A stretch of 64,000 bases of DNA from Candidatus Hermodarchaeota archaeon (GTDB lineage: Archaea > Asgardarchaeota > Lokiarchaeia > Sigyniarchaeales > SOKP01): positions 26,867 through 90,866 of the forward strand of contig JBHLLG010000005.1 in NCBI GenBank assembly GCA_048885925.1, read 5' to 3'. The notes beneath the pieces were generated by a model. That model ran no database searches and was not told the origin of the DNA. It saw nothing but the letters and a program-made list of their open reading frames with translations. Below, in pieces: positions 29,642-39,063 of this stretch. Numbering within the stretch: position 1 is the stretch's first letter; the number at the start of each line of letters is the position of its first letter. The position numbers and the translations under genes are program-made.

Positions 29642-31069
29642 ATGCCAATTATTAGGCCAAAGATAAGGTTATTAGATGATGAACATAAGAACAAAATTTT
29701 AGAAGAAGCTAAAATTATTCTTGAAAATCAAGGTGTCTTCATCGAGAATAAAGACGCAATTAATTTATTTGATCAAAATGGTATAAATCATGAGGGTTCG
29801 CGTTATTTTTTTCCACCTGAATTAATTGATAATTGCTTAAAAACAGTTCCTCATGAAATTACCTTATATGATAGAGAGGGCAATGAACAAATATCATTAA
29901 AAGAAGATAATGTTTATTTTGACCCTGGATCTGCAGCGATTTTTATATTAGATGAAAATAGTGGTGAAATTAGAGAAGCTTTATCTAAGGATTTTATCAA
30001 ATTTTCGAAAATAGTTGAAAAATTAAAATATATAGAAGCTCAAAGTACTGCTTTAATCTATAAGGATGTTCCAAAAGAAGCTCAAGATTGGCATAGGTTA
30101 TATATTGCTTTATCAAACTGTTACAAACCAGTTATAACTGGCACTTTTCGAAAAAAAAGTTTTTCAATAATGAAAGATCTTCTATTAACTTGTAGATTGT
30201 CTGAAGATGACTTAGCAAGAAAGCCATTAGCAATATTTGATGCTTGTCCAAGTCCCCCTCTTAAATGGTCTGATCTTACAACTCAATCATTAATAGATGC
30301 TGCAAAAAGTATGATACCCTCTGAATTTGTTTCAATGCCATTAGCAGGTGCTAATGCTCCAATTACATTAATAGGATCCATTACTCAACATTGTGCAGAA
30401 TGTTTAGCAGGGATCGTAATTGCTCAATTAACAAAAAAAGGAGCTCCATTAATATGGGGAGGATCACCAGCTATATTTGACATGAAATATGGAACAACTC
30501 CCATGGGTGCAATTGAGACTATGATGATTAATTTAGGAGATATCGAGATGGGAAAATACTTGAATTTACCTACCCATGCGTATATGGCACTTAGTGATTC
30601 TAAAGTTCCTGATAGTCAAGCAGGATTTGAAGCAGGAATGGGAGCTTTACTTGCAGGTTTATCAGGAGTTAACATGGCTTCCGGTCCTGGAATGCTTGAT
30701 TTTGAATCTACACAGAGCATAGAGAAGTTAATTATTGATAATGAAATTGCAGGTATGGTAAAGAGGTTTCTTCAAGGAATCGAGGATTATGGTACCCCAT
30801 TTGCTTCAGAAATCATAAAAGATTATAAGGATAAAGAGGAACTTTTATCTCATCCTTCAACTTTGAAATATTTTCGAAAAGAATTGTTTTTTCCAAGTCC
30901 AATAATAGATAGAATGACACGAGATATGTGGAGGGAGAATGGATCTAAATCTGCTAGAAAAAAAGCAAAAGAAGAAGCATTTAAATTATTAGAAAAATCA
31001 TCAGCAAAACCTATCGATGACTCATTAGCAAAGGAATTAGAAAAAATCACTAAAAGTTCATTAAAATAA
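29642..31069 (+). CDS. MttB-superfamily methyltransferase, non-pyrrolysine
   Basis: SPPLKW, GANAPITLIG, ALSDSKVPDSQAGFE (Leu at the position equivalent to Pyl), no in-frame UAG. Confidence 0.88.
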   Translation: MPIIRPKIRLLDDEHKNKILEEAKIILENQGVFIENKDAINLFDQNGINHEGSRYFFPPELIDNCLKTVPHEITLYDREGNEQISLKEDNVYFDPGSAAIFILDENSGEIREALSKDFIKFSKIVEKLKYIEAQSTALIYKDVPKEAQDWHRLYIALSNCYKPVITGTFRKKSFSIMKDLLLTCRLSEDDLARKPLAIFDACPSPPLKWSDLTTQSLIDAAKSMIPSEFVSMPLAGANAPITLIGSITQHCAECLAGIVIAQLTKKGAPLIWGGSPAIFDMKYGTTPMGAIETMMINLGDIEMGKYLNLPTHAYMALSDSKVPDSQAGFEAGMGALLAGLSGVNMASGPGMLDFESTQSIEKLIIDNEIAGMVKRFLQGIEDYGTPFASEIIKDYKDKEELLSHPSTLKYFRKELFFPSPIIDRMTRDMWRENGSKSARKKAKEEAFKLLEKSSAKPIDDSLAKELEKITKSSLK

Positions 31070-31204
31070 TCATATAATCTTTTTATCCGAAATTCCTTTT
31101 ATCAAATTCTAAACATAACTAAAAATCTTATAATAATTTAAGTTGAAATTAATAATAATTAAACAATTTATTTAGATTAATTAAAGATTAATTCAGTTAA
31201 AACT

Positions 31205-31480
31205 ATGCCAAAATTAATAGAAAACAAGGAAAAAAAGTTTAACTTATTTCTAAATAAGGATAGATGTGGTGGTTGTGAAGTGTGTATAGCTGTATGCCCC
31301 ACAGGAATATTAGAAATAAGTAATGAATTAAATTATAGAATTGCTTATATTCCAAAAGTAAAAGAGGATAAAGCTAAATACTGTACAGGATGTCGTAGAT
31401 GCGAATTATGCTGTCCTGATTGGTGTATTTATGTTTTAGAAGAAGAACAAGAAATTCAAATTAATAATTTAAAAAGATAA
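31205..31480 (+). CDS. korD: 2x[4Fe-4S] ferredoxin, 2-oxoacid:ferredoxin oxidoreductase delta subunit
   Basis: CGGCEVCIAVCP and CTGCRRCELCCP. Confidence 0.85.
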   Translation: MPKLIENKEKKFNLFLNKDRCGGCEVCIAVCPTGILEISNELNYRIAYIPKVKEDKAKYCTGCRRCELCCPDWCIYVLEEEQEIQINNLKR

Positions 31481-31481
31481 A

Positions 31482-32672
31482 ATGGTGGAAGTTATGGAAA
31501 ACAATAAGAGGTTTTTACCAGAAGGTAAATATGTAATGATGGGGAATGAAGCAATGGCGGAAGGTGCCTTAGCTGCAGGTTTGAGCTTTTTTGGTGGATA
31601 TCCAATTACACCTAGTACAGAGGTTATAGAGCATCTAGCTAAAAGATTGCCAGAAGTAGGTGGATGCTGTATGCAAATGGAAGATGAGTTAGCATCGATA
31701 AATGCTGTAATTGGTGCTTCACTAGTGGGGGCAAAATCTATGACCGCAACCTCAGGTCCAGGACTTTCTTTAATGGTTGAGACGATTAGTATGGCTGCTA
31801 ATCTTGAAGTACCTTTTGTAGTCTGTGATGTGCAAAGAAACGGTCCCGGTACCGGCTTTGTCACAGAACCTCATCATAATGACTTAGGTTTAATTAGATT
31901 TCCAGGAAATGGGGAATTTGGAGTAATAGCTTTAGCTCCCATGAATTGTCAAGAATTATATGATTTAACAATTACAGCTTTTAATTTTGCTGAAACTTTT
32001 CGTTGCCCCGTATTTATCATTTCAGATGCTTATTTAGGCCATCTCCATGAAGCTGTAAATATACCCTCAAAAGAAGAAGTAATAAAGAAATTAATCTATC
32101 GTGAAATACCTAAAGATATTGAGAAAAAATATACATATAAAGATGCTACTACTAATGAATATATTGTCCCTAAACCTCCAATAATGGGAACTGATTATGT
32201 TCCAGTTATGTTTCTTCATCAACCTCATGATTATAACGGATTTTCGAGACGTGCTTATTCATTAGAATTTACAAAAATGCTCATTGAAAAATTAAATTCT
32301 AATATAGAAAAAATATCTATTACTGAGAAATATAAATTAGATGATGCTGAAATTGTTATTATTGCCTATGGATTATCTGTAAGAACAAGCTACTATGCTG
32401 TCGATATTGCCAGAAAAGAAGGGATAAAAGTTGGAATATTTAGATTAATAACAGTTTGGCCATTCCCAGATAAAAAAGTAAAAGAAATTGTTAAAGATGT
32501 AAAAGCAATAATCGTACCAGAATTAAATTATACGGGATTCATTGCTGAACAAGTTGAAAGGGTTACCCATCTTGATATACCGATCATAAAAATTCCAAAA
32601 GTGTGCGATTTTCATCACCCAGATGAAATATTAAAAATAATTAGAGAGGTAGATACAAAATGTCAGGACTAG
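31482..32672 (+). CDS. korA: 2-oxoacid:ferredoxin oxidoreductase alpha subunit
   Basis: GYPITPSTE, MEDE, TATSGPG; substrate not determined. Confidence 0.9.
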   Translation: MVEVMENNKRFLPEGKYVMMGNEAMAEGALAAGLSFFGGYPITPSTEVIEHLAKRLPEVGGCCMQMEDELASINAVIGASLVGAKSMTATSGPGLSLMVETISMAANLEVPFVVCDVQRNGPGTGFVTEPHHNDLGLIRFPGNGEFGVIALAPMNCQELYDLTITAFNFAETFRCPVFIISDAYLGHLHEAVNIPSKEEVIKKLIYREIPKDIEKKYTYKDATTNEYIVPKPPIMGTDYVPVMFLHQPHDYNGFSRRAYSLEFTKMLIEKLNSNIEKISITEKYKLDDAEIVIIAYGLSVRTSYYAVDIARKEGIKVGIFRLITVWPFPDKKVKEIVKDVKAIIVPELNYTGFIAEQVERVTHLDIPIIKIPKVCDFHHPDEILKIIREVDTKCQD

Positions 32673-33577
32673 GTCCAACATATCCTGGTGAAAAGCCAGA
32701 AAATCCTTACCTTTTTGTTTCTTTTCCAGGTCATTTATTCAAAAAATATTCTTCTCTTTTTTGTGCAGGTTGTGGTTATGGTATAATAGGGCAAATTTTT
32801 AATCGCGTATTTGAAGATGAAAAATTAAATCCCAAATTATATCCTGTTATTCTCGGAATAGGATGTTATAGTCAAATGCTATTAACATTGCACTATGCTT
32901 CACAAAGAATATTAGCTCTTCATGGACGTGCCCCTGCATTAGCAACAGGCATGAAAATGGCAAATCCTGCAATGAAACCTATCATCTTTTCAGGAGATGG
33001 TGATTGTTTAGGAATTGGTGGAAATCATTTTATACATACATGCCGAAGAAATCTCGATTGTATTATTTTAATATTTAATAATAGCATTTATGCTATGACT
33101 GGAGGGCAGGGTGCCCCTACAACTTTGTATGGAGCTAATAGTACAACAACACCTTATAAAATGTTTGAAAATAGAACTGATGGTATAAAACTTGCTCTTG
33201 CTGCTGGAGCAACATATGTTGCAAGGACGACAGTTGCACATCCTAGAACTTTAATAAAGTATTTTAAAAAAGCATTAAAGCATAAAGGTACTTCCGTAAT
33301 TGAAATAATTACTCCTTGTATTACATATTTCGGTAAAAAAAATTTGGATAAATTGGGAGCGGAATTTCTAGAAATTCCTGGTGAAAAAATGGAAACTACA
33401 GGTAAAATGATTGATTGGATAAAAAGAAATAGTATACGTATAAATCAAGCGAAATTCATGACAGAGGACGAATTATTTAATAAATATATAATCGGGGAAT
33501 TTAATTTTGAACCAGACAAACCAGAGTACTCTGAAGAATATGCTAAAATCAAAAAAATTGCGATGGAGGAAAAATGA
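32660..33577 (+). CDS. korB: 2-oxoacid:ferredoxin oxidoreductase beta subunit
   Basis: CAGCG, GIGC, HGRA, GDGD...GGNH, NN.IYAMTGGQ. Confidence 0.9.
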   Translation: MSGLGPTYPGEKPENPYLFVSFPGHLFKKYSSLFCAGCGYGIIGQIFNRVFEDEKLNPKLYPVILGIGCYSQMLLTLHYASQRILALHGRAPALATGMKMANPAMKPIIFSGDGDCLGIGGNHFIHTCRRNLDCIILIFNNSIYAMTGGQGAPTTLYGANSTTTPYKMFENRTDGIKLALAAGATYVARTTVAHPRTLIKYFKKALKHKGTSVIEIITPCITYFGKKNLDKLGAEFLEIPGEKMETTGKMIDWIKRNSIRINQAKFMTEDELFNKYIIGEFNFEPDKPEYSEEYAKIKKIAMEEK

Positions 33578-33580
33578 AGT

Positions 33581-34177
33581 ATGACTAGATATGAAATTCA
33601 TATTTCCGGGTTTGGAGGCCAAGGAGTAATAACTTTAAGTAAGATGATAACTACTGCTGCTGCGTTATATGAAGATTTAGCCTCAACTCAAACAGAAGCT
33701 TACTCTGCTTCTGCTCGTGGAGGTCGATGTTGGGCTGAAGTTGTTGTAGATTTAAATAAGGATATTAAGATCATCGATTACCCTAAAGCTTTAAGACCAT
33801 ATGACTTTTTAATTATTCTTTCTGAGGAAGCTGCTGCTAGTATTAATCCTGATTATGTTAAAAAAGATGAAAACACAGGTTATTTAATTTGGGATCCTTC
33901 AACAATCAAGAATTTTAAAATAGTGAATAATATTCATAAAGCTTTAGGCGTTCCCATACAAAAAATAGCAGTTGAAAAATTTGGGGATATAGTTTTTGGA
34001 AATTCAATTCTTTTTGGTATATTTACTTCTCTATCAGGGATTATCTCTGAAGAGTCAGCGATCGAAACAATCAAAAAGTTTGTTCCAAGCTCCAGTTTAA
34101 GTAAAAATTTAGAGGCATTTGAAATTGGCAAAAAAGAAGCGCAGGAATTTATTAAAAAATTAAAAGAGGAAAAATGA
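33581..34177 (+). CDS. korC: 2-oxoacid:ferredoxin oxidoreductase gamma subunit
   Basis: SGFGGQG, ARGG, NLEAFEIG. Confidence 0.9.
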   Translation: MTRYEIHISGFGGQGVITLSKMITTAAALYEDLASTQTEAYSASARGGRCWAEVVVDLNKDIKIIDYPKALRPYDFLIILSEEAAASINPDYVKKDENTGYLIWDPSTIKNFKIVNNIHKALGVPIQKIAVEKFGDIVFGNSILFGIFTSLSGIISEESAIETIKKFVPSSSLSKNLEAFEIGKKEAQEFIKKLKEEK

Positions 34178-36000
34178 ATAGCATGCATATTGACAAAATC
34201 AAAAAGGGATGGCAAGAATTAGATTCTGAAATTATTAAAACTGGCAAATGTGTTTATTGTGGAGCATGTGGGGCATTCTGTGCAAATATTAAGTTTGATA
34301 AAGAAAAGGAGATACCTATAGAAGATGGTTCTTGCAAAGATATTAGTACTTGTAGAGATGGATTTGGTGTATGTTATAATGTTTGCCCTAAAACGGGAAT
34401 TGATCAAATTCCACTTTCTTTGCTAGATAAATGGACATTTGGGAAGGAGCAGAATAAGATGCTTGGTCACTATATTGAAATTGTTTCTGTGAAACTTACA
34501 GATTCTGCTGAACAAAACCTTCCTATAGAAGCTGGTCCTTTAACAGCATTATTACAAACTGCAATGAAAGAAGGATTTATTGATTGTTCTATTATAACCG
34601 AGAAGGATGAGAATTTTAGACCTTATCCAATCCTTGCATCAAGTGAGAAAGAATTATTTAGGGGTGTGGGTTATAAACCTTCTCAAAGCCCCACACTCTC
34701 CTTAGTAGGAGAAGCTATTAATAAAGAAAATGTTAATATAGCAGTTGTAGGAACGCCATGCCAAATACAAGCACTTAGGAAACTTCAGAATCATCCTAGA
34801 TTTGATTTTGAAGCATATGATTTAGTTAGTCTAGCGATTGGTACCTTTTGTTTTGGTACATTTTATAACCAGCTTTTGAATGAATGTCTTAAAGATAATA
34901 AAATAAATATAACCGAGATTCAAAAGATTTCGACAGATAAAAATAATTTTAAGCTAAAAATAAGAACGGGTAATAGAACGAAGGAAATACCATTGAATTT
35001 TATTTATAATAAATCAATAAGGAATGCTTGTTTTGCTTGTTCGGATTATACTGCCGCTTTTGCTGATATTTCTATTGGAAATGTAGGAAGTGAAGACGGA
35101 TGGAGAACATTCATTATTAGGACAGAAAAAGGTAAGAAAGTTTATGATCTTGCAATTCAGAAGGGAATTTTTGAGGAAAAATCACTTTCGAAGGATAATG
35201 AAGAATTGATATTAGATATTACACGTAATAAAACAGATATGGTAAAAATAGAATCTGTTTTTACCCATTCACCTGAAATTAAAAGTTTCATATTAAGAAA
35301 TGAAAGAATCGCAAAAGCTTACCGACCTGGTATGTTTGTTATACTCTGGCTTCCTGATATTGATTTTTTACCTATGTCAATTTCGAACATCAAGGGTAAT
35401 TTACTTGAAGTTACGGTTCAAAAAATAGGTGAAGGAACAACTAAACTTTTTGAATTAAAAGAGGGTGATAAGATTGGAATACGAGGTCCCTTTGGAAATT
35501 CATGGAATTATGAAGATGCAAGTAAAATTTTGATAGTCGGAGGAGGGATGGGAATTGCAGCTCTTACGTCTCTAATTGAACCCCTAAAGCACAATAAGAA
35601 GAATATTATAGTGACTATCGGAGCTAAAGACGAGACTTCTCTAATTTTTGCGAATAGGCTTATTGATTTAATTCCAAGCACAATGTGTAGTACTGATGAT
35701 GGATCTGTAGGAAGAAAATGTTTTGTTACCGATACAATTGAAGAGATCTTAGCAAAAAATAAAATTGACTTAATAATCACATGCGGTCCAGAGATTATGA
35801 TGAAAAAGGTTCTTGAAATTGCGGAATCAAAAAAAATCACTATTCAAACTTCCTTAGAACGTAAAATGAAATGTGGAATTGGTTTATGTGGTTCATGTTG
35901 CATAGGAGAAGACAATAATATTACTGTGTGTAAAGATGGACCAATATTCAATTCTGAACAACTAAAGAAATTTCCTCAATTTGGAAGTTATATAAAATAA
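34174..36000 (+). CDS. FrhB/FpoF-like F420-binding domain fused to a PyrK-like FAD/NAD(P)/[2Fe-2S] domain
   Basis: N-part CVYCGAC, VVGTPCQ, GTFC, ACFACSD...DISIGNVGS; C-part RGPFGN, GGGMGIA, TDDGS, CGPEIM, ERKMKCGIGLCGSC, VCKDGP. Confidence 0.88.
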   Translation: MNSMHIDKIKKGWQELDSEIIKTGKCVYCGACGAFCANIKFDKEKEIPIEDGSCKDISTCRDGFGVCYNVCPKTGIDQIPLSLLDKWTFGKEQNKMLGHYIEIVSVKLTDSAEQNLPIEAGPLTALLQTAMKEGFIDCSIITEKDENFRPYPILASSEKELFRGVGYKPSQSPTLSLVGEAINKENVNIAVVGTPCQIQALRKLQNHPRFDFEAYDLVSLAIGTFCFGTFYNQLLNECLKDNKINITEIQKISTDKNNFKLKIRTGNRTKEIPLNFIYNKSIRNACFACSDYTAAFADISIGNVGSEDGWRTFIIRTEKGKKVYDLAIQKGIFEEKSLSKDNEELILDITRNKTDMVKIESVFTHSPEIKSFILRNERIAKAYRPGMFVILWLPDIDFLPMSISNIKGNLLEVTVQKIGEGTTKLFELKEGDKIGIRGPFGNSWNYEDASKILIVGGGMGIAALTSLIEPLKHNKKNIIVTIGAKDETSLIFANRLIDLIPSTMCSTDDGSVGRKCFVTDTIEEILAKNKIDLIITCGPEIMMKKVLEIAESKKITIQTSLERKMKCGIGLCGSCCIGEDNNITVCKDGPIFNSEQLKKFPQFGSYIK

Positions 36001-36025
36001 ATAATTTTACCACTTTTTTACTTAA

Positions 36026-36847
36026 TTACTTCCCTTTCTTTTTTTTCTTTTTTTCTTCTTTTACTATATTATTTGGTAGTTCTTCTCTCCAAGCTAATAA
36101 ATCTTCGATTTTTGAAACACCCATTATTTTTAAATAAGCATCTTCTAAATCCTTTGCATTAACAGAATCAATTATTTCCTTTGGGCTTCCTTCAACTTTT
36201 ATTTCTCCTTTATCGATAATCCCAATTAAATCACATAATTCTTCAGTAGCATCAAGAAGGTGTGTACATATAAAAATAGTTTTATCTGCTTTTTTAGCAA
36301 GATCTGAGATCAAATCTTTTACCATTCTTGCAGCAGCAGGATCTAAATTGGAAGTAGGCTCATCTAAAAAAATAATTTTAGGATCTTGAATCAAGGCAGC
36401 ACATAAGCAAACCTTTTGTTTCATCCCCCTTGAATAACCTTCTAAAAGATCATTTTCTCGACCTTCTAAAGCAAAAATTTCTATTAATTCTTGGATGCGA
36501 GTTGAAATAACTTCTTTGGGCAAATAGTATAACTCCCCAATAAATTCTAAAAATTCTTTAGCCGTTAATTTTTGATATAAACCAGGTGATTCTGGTAAGA
36601 AACCAGAGTTAATTTTAACTTGCTTACTCTCGGTAATTATATCATAACCTACTACTTTTGCATCTCCTGAAGTTGGAGTAATTATTGCGTTTAACATTCT
36701 TACTGTTGTTGTTTTTCCCGCTCCATTTGGACCTAACAATCCATATGTAATCCCATAAGGAATCTTTAAGTTTAAATTATTTACAGCTATAAGATTCCCA
36801 AACTTTTTAGTAAGATTATTAGTTTTAATCGCATAATTATTTGAAAT
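36026..36847 (-). CDS. ABC transporter ATP-binding protein; real N-terminus lies upstream of the track start (ATT at 36847?)
   Basis: GPNGAGKT, YSRGMKQK, LDEPT; upstream in-frame ISNNYAIKTNNLTKKFGNLIAVNNLNL is the standard ABC N-terminus. Confidence 0.85.
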   Translation of the reverse strand: MSNNYAIKTNNLTKKFGNLIAVNNLNLKIPYGITYGLLGPNGAGKTTTVRMLNAIITPTSGDAKVVGYDIITESKQVKINSGFLPESPGLYQKLTAKEFLEFIGELYYLPKEVISTRIQELIEIFALEGRENDLLEGYSRGMKQKVCLCAALIQDPKIIFLDEPTSNLDPAAARMVKDLISDLAKKADKTIFICTHLLDATEELCDLIGIIDKGEIKVEGSPKEIIDSVNAKDLEDAYLKIMGVSKIEDLLAWREELPNNIVKEEKKKKKKGK

Positions 36848-37087
36848 TTTTTTTCACATCCAATTATCTTAATAATCTTTTTTTTAAATTTTCCTAATCA
36901 ATTAAATTTTTCTTAATAAATTCAGAGATATAGTTAATTATAAAAAACATCAAAAGCCTGATTTCTAAATTTTAAATGTCTTATTTTCATAAAATTAATC
37001 CAATTTTGAAATAAACGCAAGAAAAACTTCTAATTACATGCTAAATTTTCACTTAATACATTATTTTCACTTAACAAAATTAATAGT

Positions 37088-38041
37088 TTGACTGATAAGA
37101 ATCTTAAAAAAGGACTAATAACTGGTTTTGTAGGGATTATTTTTGTAGGATTACAACCGATAGTAGCTCTCTTAAGACCTGCAGCTGTTGATGCTTATCT
37201 ATCAGGAGCAATGACTTGTTTAGTGGAGGTTATAATCTTTTTACCAATTATGTTAATTGAAATAAGATTAATGCATTCAAAACATGAAAAATTTAATAAT
37301 ATAGAGCATAAGGTTTTTAATGACCACCTTTTTAGAGGGTGGAAAAAAAATTTCTTTTTATTAATCGGAATTGGTTTGCTCTTCGCAATAAATCAGGTAT
37401 TGTTTTTTGTAGGATACGATTTAGCAGGAGCCATAAATGGATCGTTAACACAGAAAACCACAGTCTTTTTTTCTTTAATCTTAGGTTATATTATCTTAAA
37501 AGAAAGGATTACAAAACTTCAAATAATGTTTTCCATTTTACTATTTATTGGATTAGCAATTAGTGTTACTCAATTCTTTACATTAGTTGAAATCAATTCT
37601 CAGATTATAGTTGGAGTTGGAATTATCCTTTTAATTTCTTTTATGTGGATTTTTGGTCATACATTAACAAAGCCTTTATTTAATAGGGAAGAAGCAACAC
37701 CAATACAAATGGTTTTTATAAGAAATATTGTTTCCGGTGTAATTTTAATTTCTTCATACCTAATCTTTTTTACGCCGGATATTAGAATTTTTCTTGAACC
37801 CGATAATTTATCTTTTTTCCTTTTAATGGGAACTGTTTACGGAGCTGGATTAGTATGCTGGTATAAGACTCTATCATATTTAGATGTATCAAAAGCAACC
37901 ACAATTTTTGCACCAACTCCAATATCTTCAGCTATATTTGCTACGTTTATTCTTAGAGAGCATTTTACAATTGCGCATTTATTTGGAACAATTATTATAA
38001 TAATCTCAATAATAATAATTGTTAATCAGAAAAGAGATTAA
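37088..38041 (+). CDS. DMT/EamA family transporter
   Basis: About 10 TM segments in two repeats, ILKERIT and ILREHFT motifs. Confidence 0.85.
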   Translation: MTDKNLKKGLITGFVGIIFVGLQPIVALLRPAAVDAYLSGAMTCLVEVIIFLPIMLIEIRLMHSKHEKFNNIEHKVFNDHLFRGWKKNFFLLIGIGLLFAINQVLFFVGYDLAGAINGSLTQKTTVFFSLILGYIILKERITKLQIMFSILLFIGLAISVTQFFTLVEINSQIIVGVGIILLISFMWIFGHTLTKPLFNREEATPIQMVFIRNIVSGVILISSYLIFFTPDIRIFLEPDNLSFFLLMGTVYGAGLVCWYKTLSYLDVSKATTIFAPTPISSAIFATFILREHFTIAHLFGTIIIIISIIIIVNQKRD

Positions 38042-38103
38042 AAAACTTTAAATGTATATTAAAAATTTCACTTGAACTTTATATATATCTATATATATTA
38101 TAG

Positions 38104-38138
38104 AAACACCTTTTTCTTAGTGCTTATAGGTGTTTTTT
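38104..38138. terminator. Inverted repeat followed by a T run (terminator or operator)
   Basis: aaacacct-N16-aggtgttt then ttt, between the DMT and ABC genes. Confidence 0.3.
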
Positions 38139-38249
38139 AATAATTTAAAAATATTTCATAACATTTAAATATAATAATATATGTTGGTATATATAGAAAT
38201 ATATTATCGTAATGTAATAAAAATTAAGAATAATTATCAATTTTAATGA

Positions 38250-39053
38250 GTGAAAATGATAAATCATGAAATAATTTCAGTTAAAAACTTAAAAAAGTAC
38301 TTCGATGAAGTAAAAGCGGTAGATGGTGTTTCATTTAATGTTCATGAAGGAGAGGTATTTGGACTTTTAGGGCCCAATGGAGCGGGAAAAACCACTACGA
38401 TAAAACTTTTATTAGGGCTTCTTGAACCAAATGAAGGAGAAATGAATGTTTTTGGAATGAATCCAGAACGAGAAGAAGTTCAAATAAAACGTCGTATAGG
38501 ATATGTAAGTGAAGAACCATTGATTTTCAAATCACTAACACCGAAAGATTTATTTAATTTTATAGCCTCTGTGCGTGGATTAGATGCAGAAAAGACTACT
38601 GAGCTTGCTAGAGAATATATGGAGAATCTAGAAGCAATTGAATATTATGATCAATTAATTGCTACTTTATCCCATGGCAATAAACAAAAATTGCAAATTA
38701 TTGCGGCAATAATTCATGAACCAGATTTACTAATTTTAGATGAGCCAATTGCAGGTCTTGATGCAAAATCTGTAAGAGTAGTGAAATCTATACTAGAATT
38801 GCATACACAGCGGGGTGGTTCAGTTCTTTTTTCAACACATATAATGGAGATTGCTCAGGAATTATGTGATCGCATAGGGATCATACATAAAGGTAAAATG
38901 GTTGGAATCGGAACACTCGAAGAACTCCGCCAGCAAGCCAATAAATTAGGAGCAAGTCTAGAAGATGTGTTTTTAAGATTAACTGAACAAGATACTTCAG
39001 TTAATGAGATTATTAAAAAATTACGTGCATCTTTTAAAATGAAAAATCATTAG
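38250..39053 (+). CDS. ABC-2 type transporter ATP-binding protein
   Basis: GPNGAGKTT, LSHGNKQK, LDEP, STH. Confidence 0.93.
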   Translation: MKMINHEIISVKNLKKYFDEVKAVDGVSFNVHEGEVFGLLGPNGAGKTTTIKLLLGLLEPNEGEMNVFGMNPEREEVQIKRRIGYVSEEPLIFKSLTPKDLFNFIASVRGLDAEKTTELAREYMENLEAIEYYDQLIATLSHGNKQKLQIIAAIIHEPDLLILDEPIAGLDAKSVRVVKSILELHTQRGGSVLFSTHIMEIAQELCDRIGIIHKGKMVGIGTLEELRQQANKLGASLEDVFLRLTEQDTSVNEIIKKLRASFKMKNH

Positions 39054-39063
39054 TGATTTTAAA

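Noticed and set aside
29642-31069. Pyrrolysine in MttB
   Set aside because: No in-frame UAG; Leu occupies the equivalent position.
33361-33378. Palindrome GGAATTTCTAGAAATTCC in an apparent korB insertion as another intron
   Set aside because: No 4-bp helix with 3-nt bulges could be built around it, and the frame is uninterrupted.
33575-33583. korB TGA in frame with the korC ATG as Sec readthrough
   Set aside because: Not at a conserved Cys and no SECIS seen; ordinary stop and restart.
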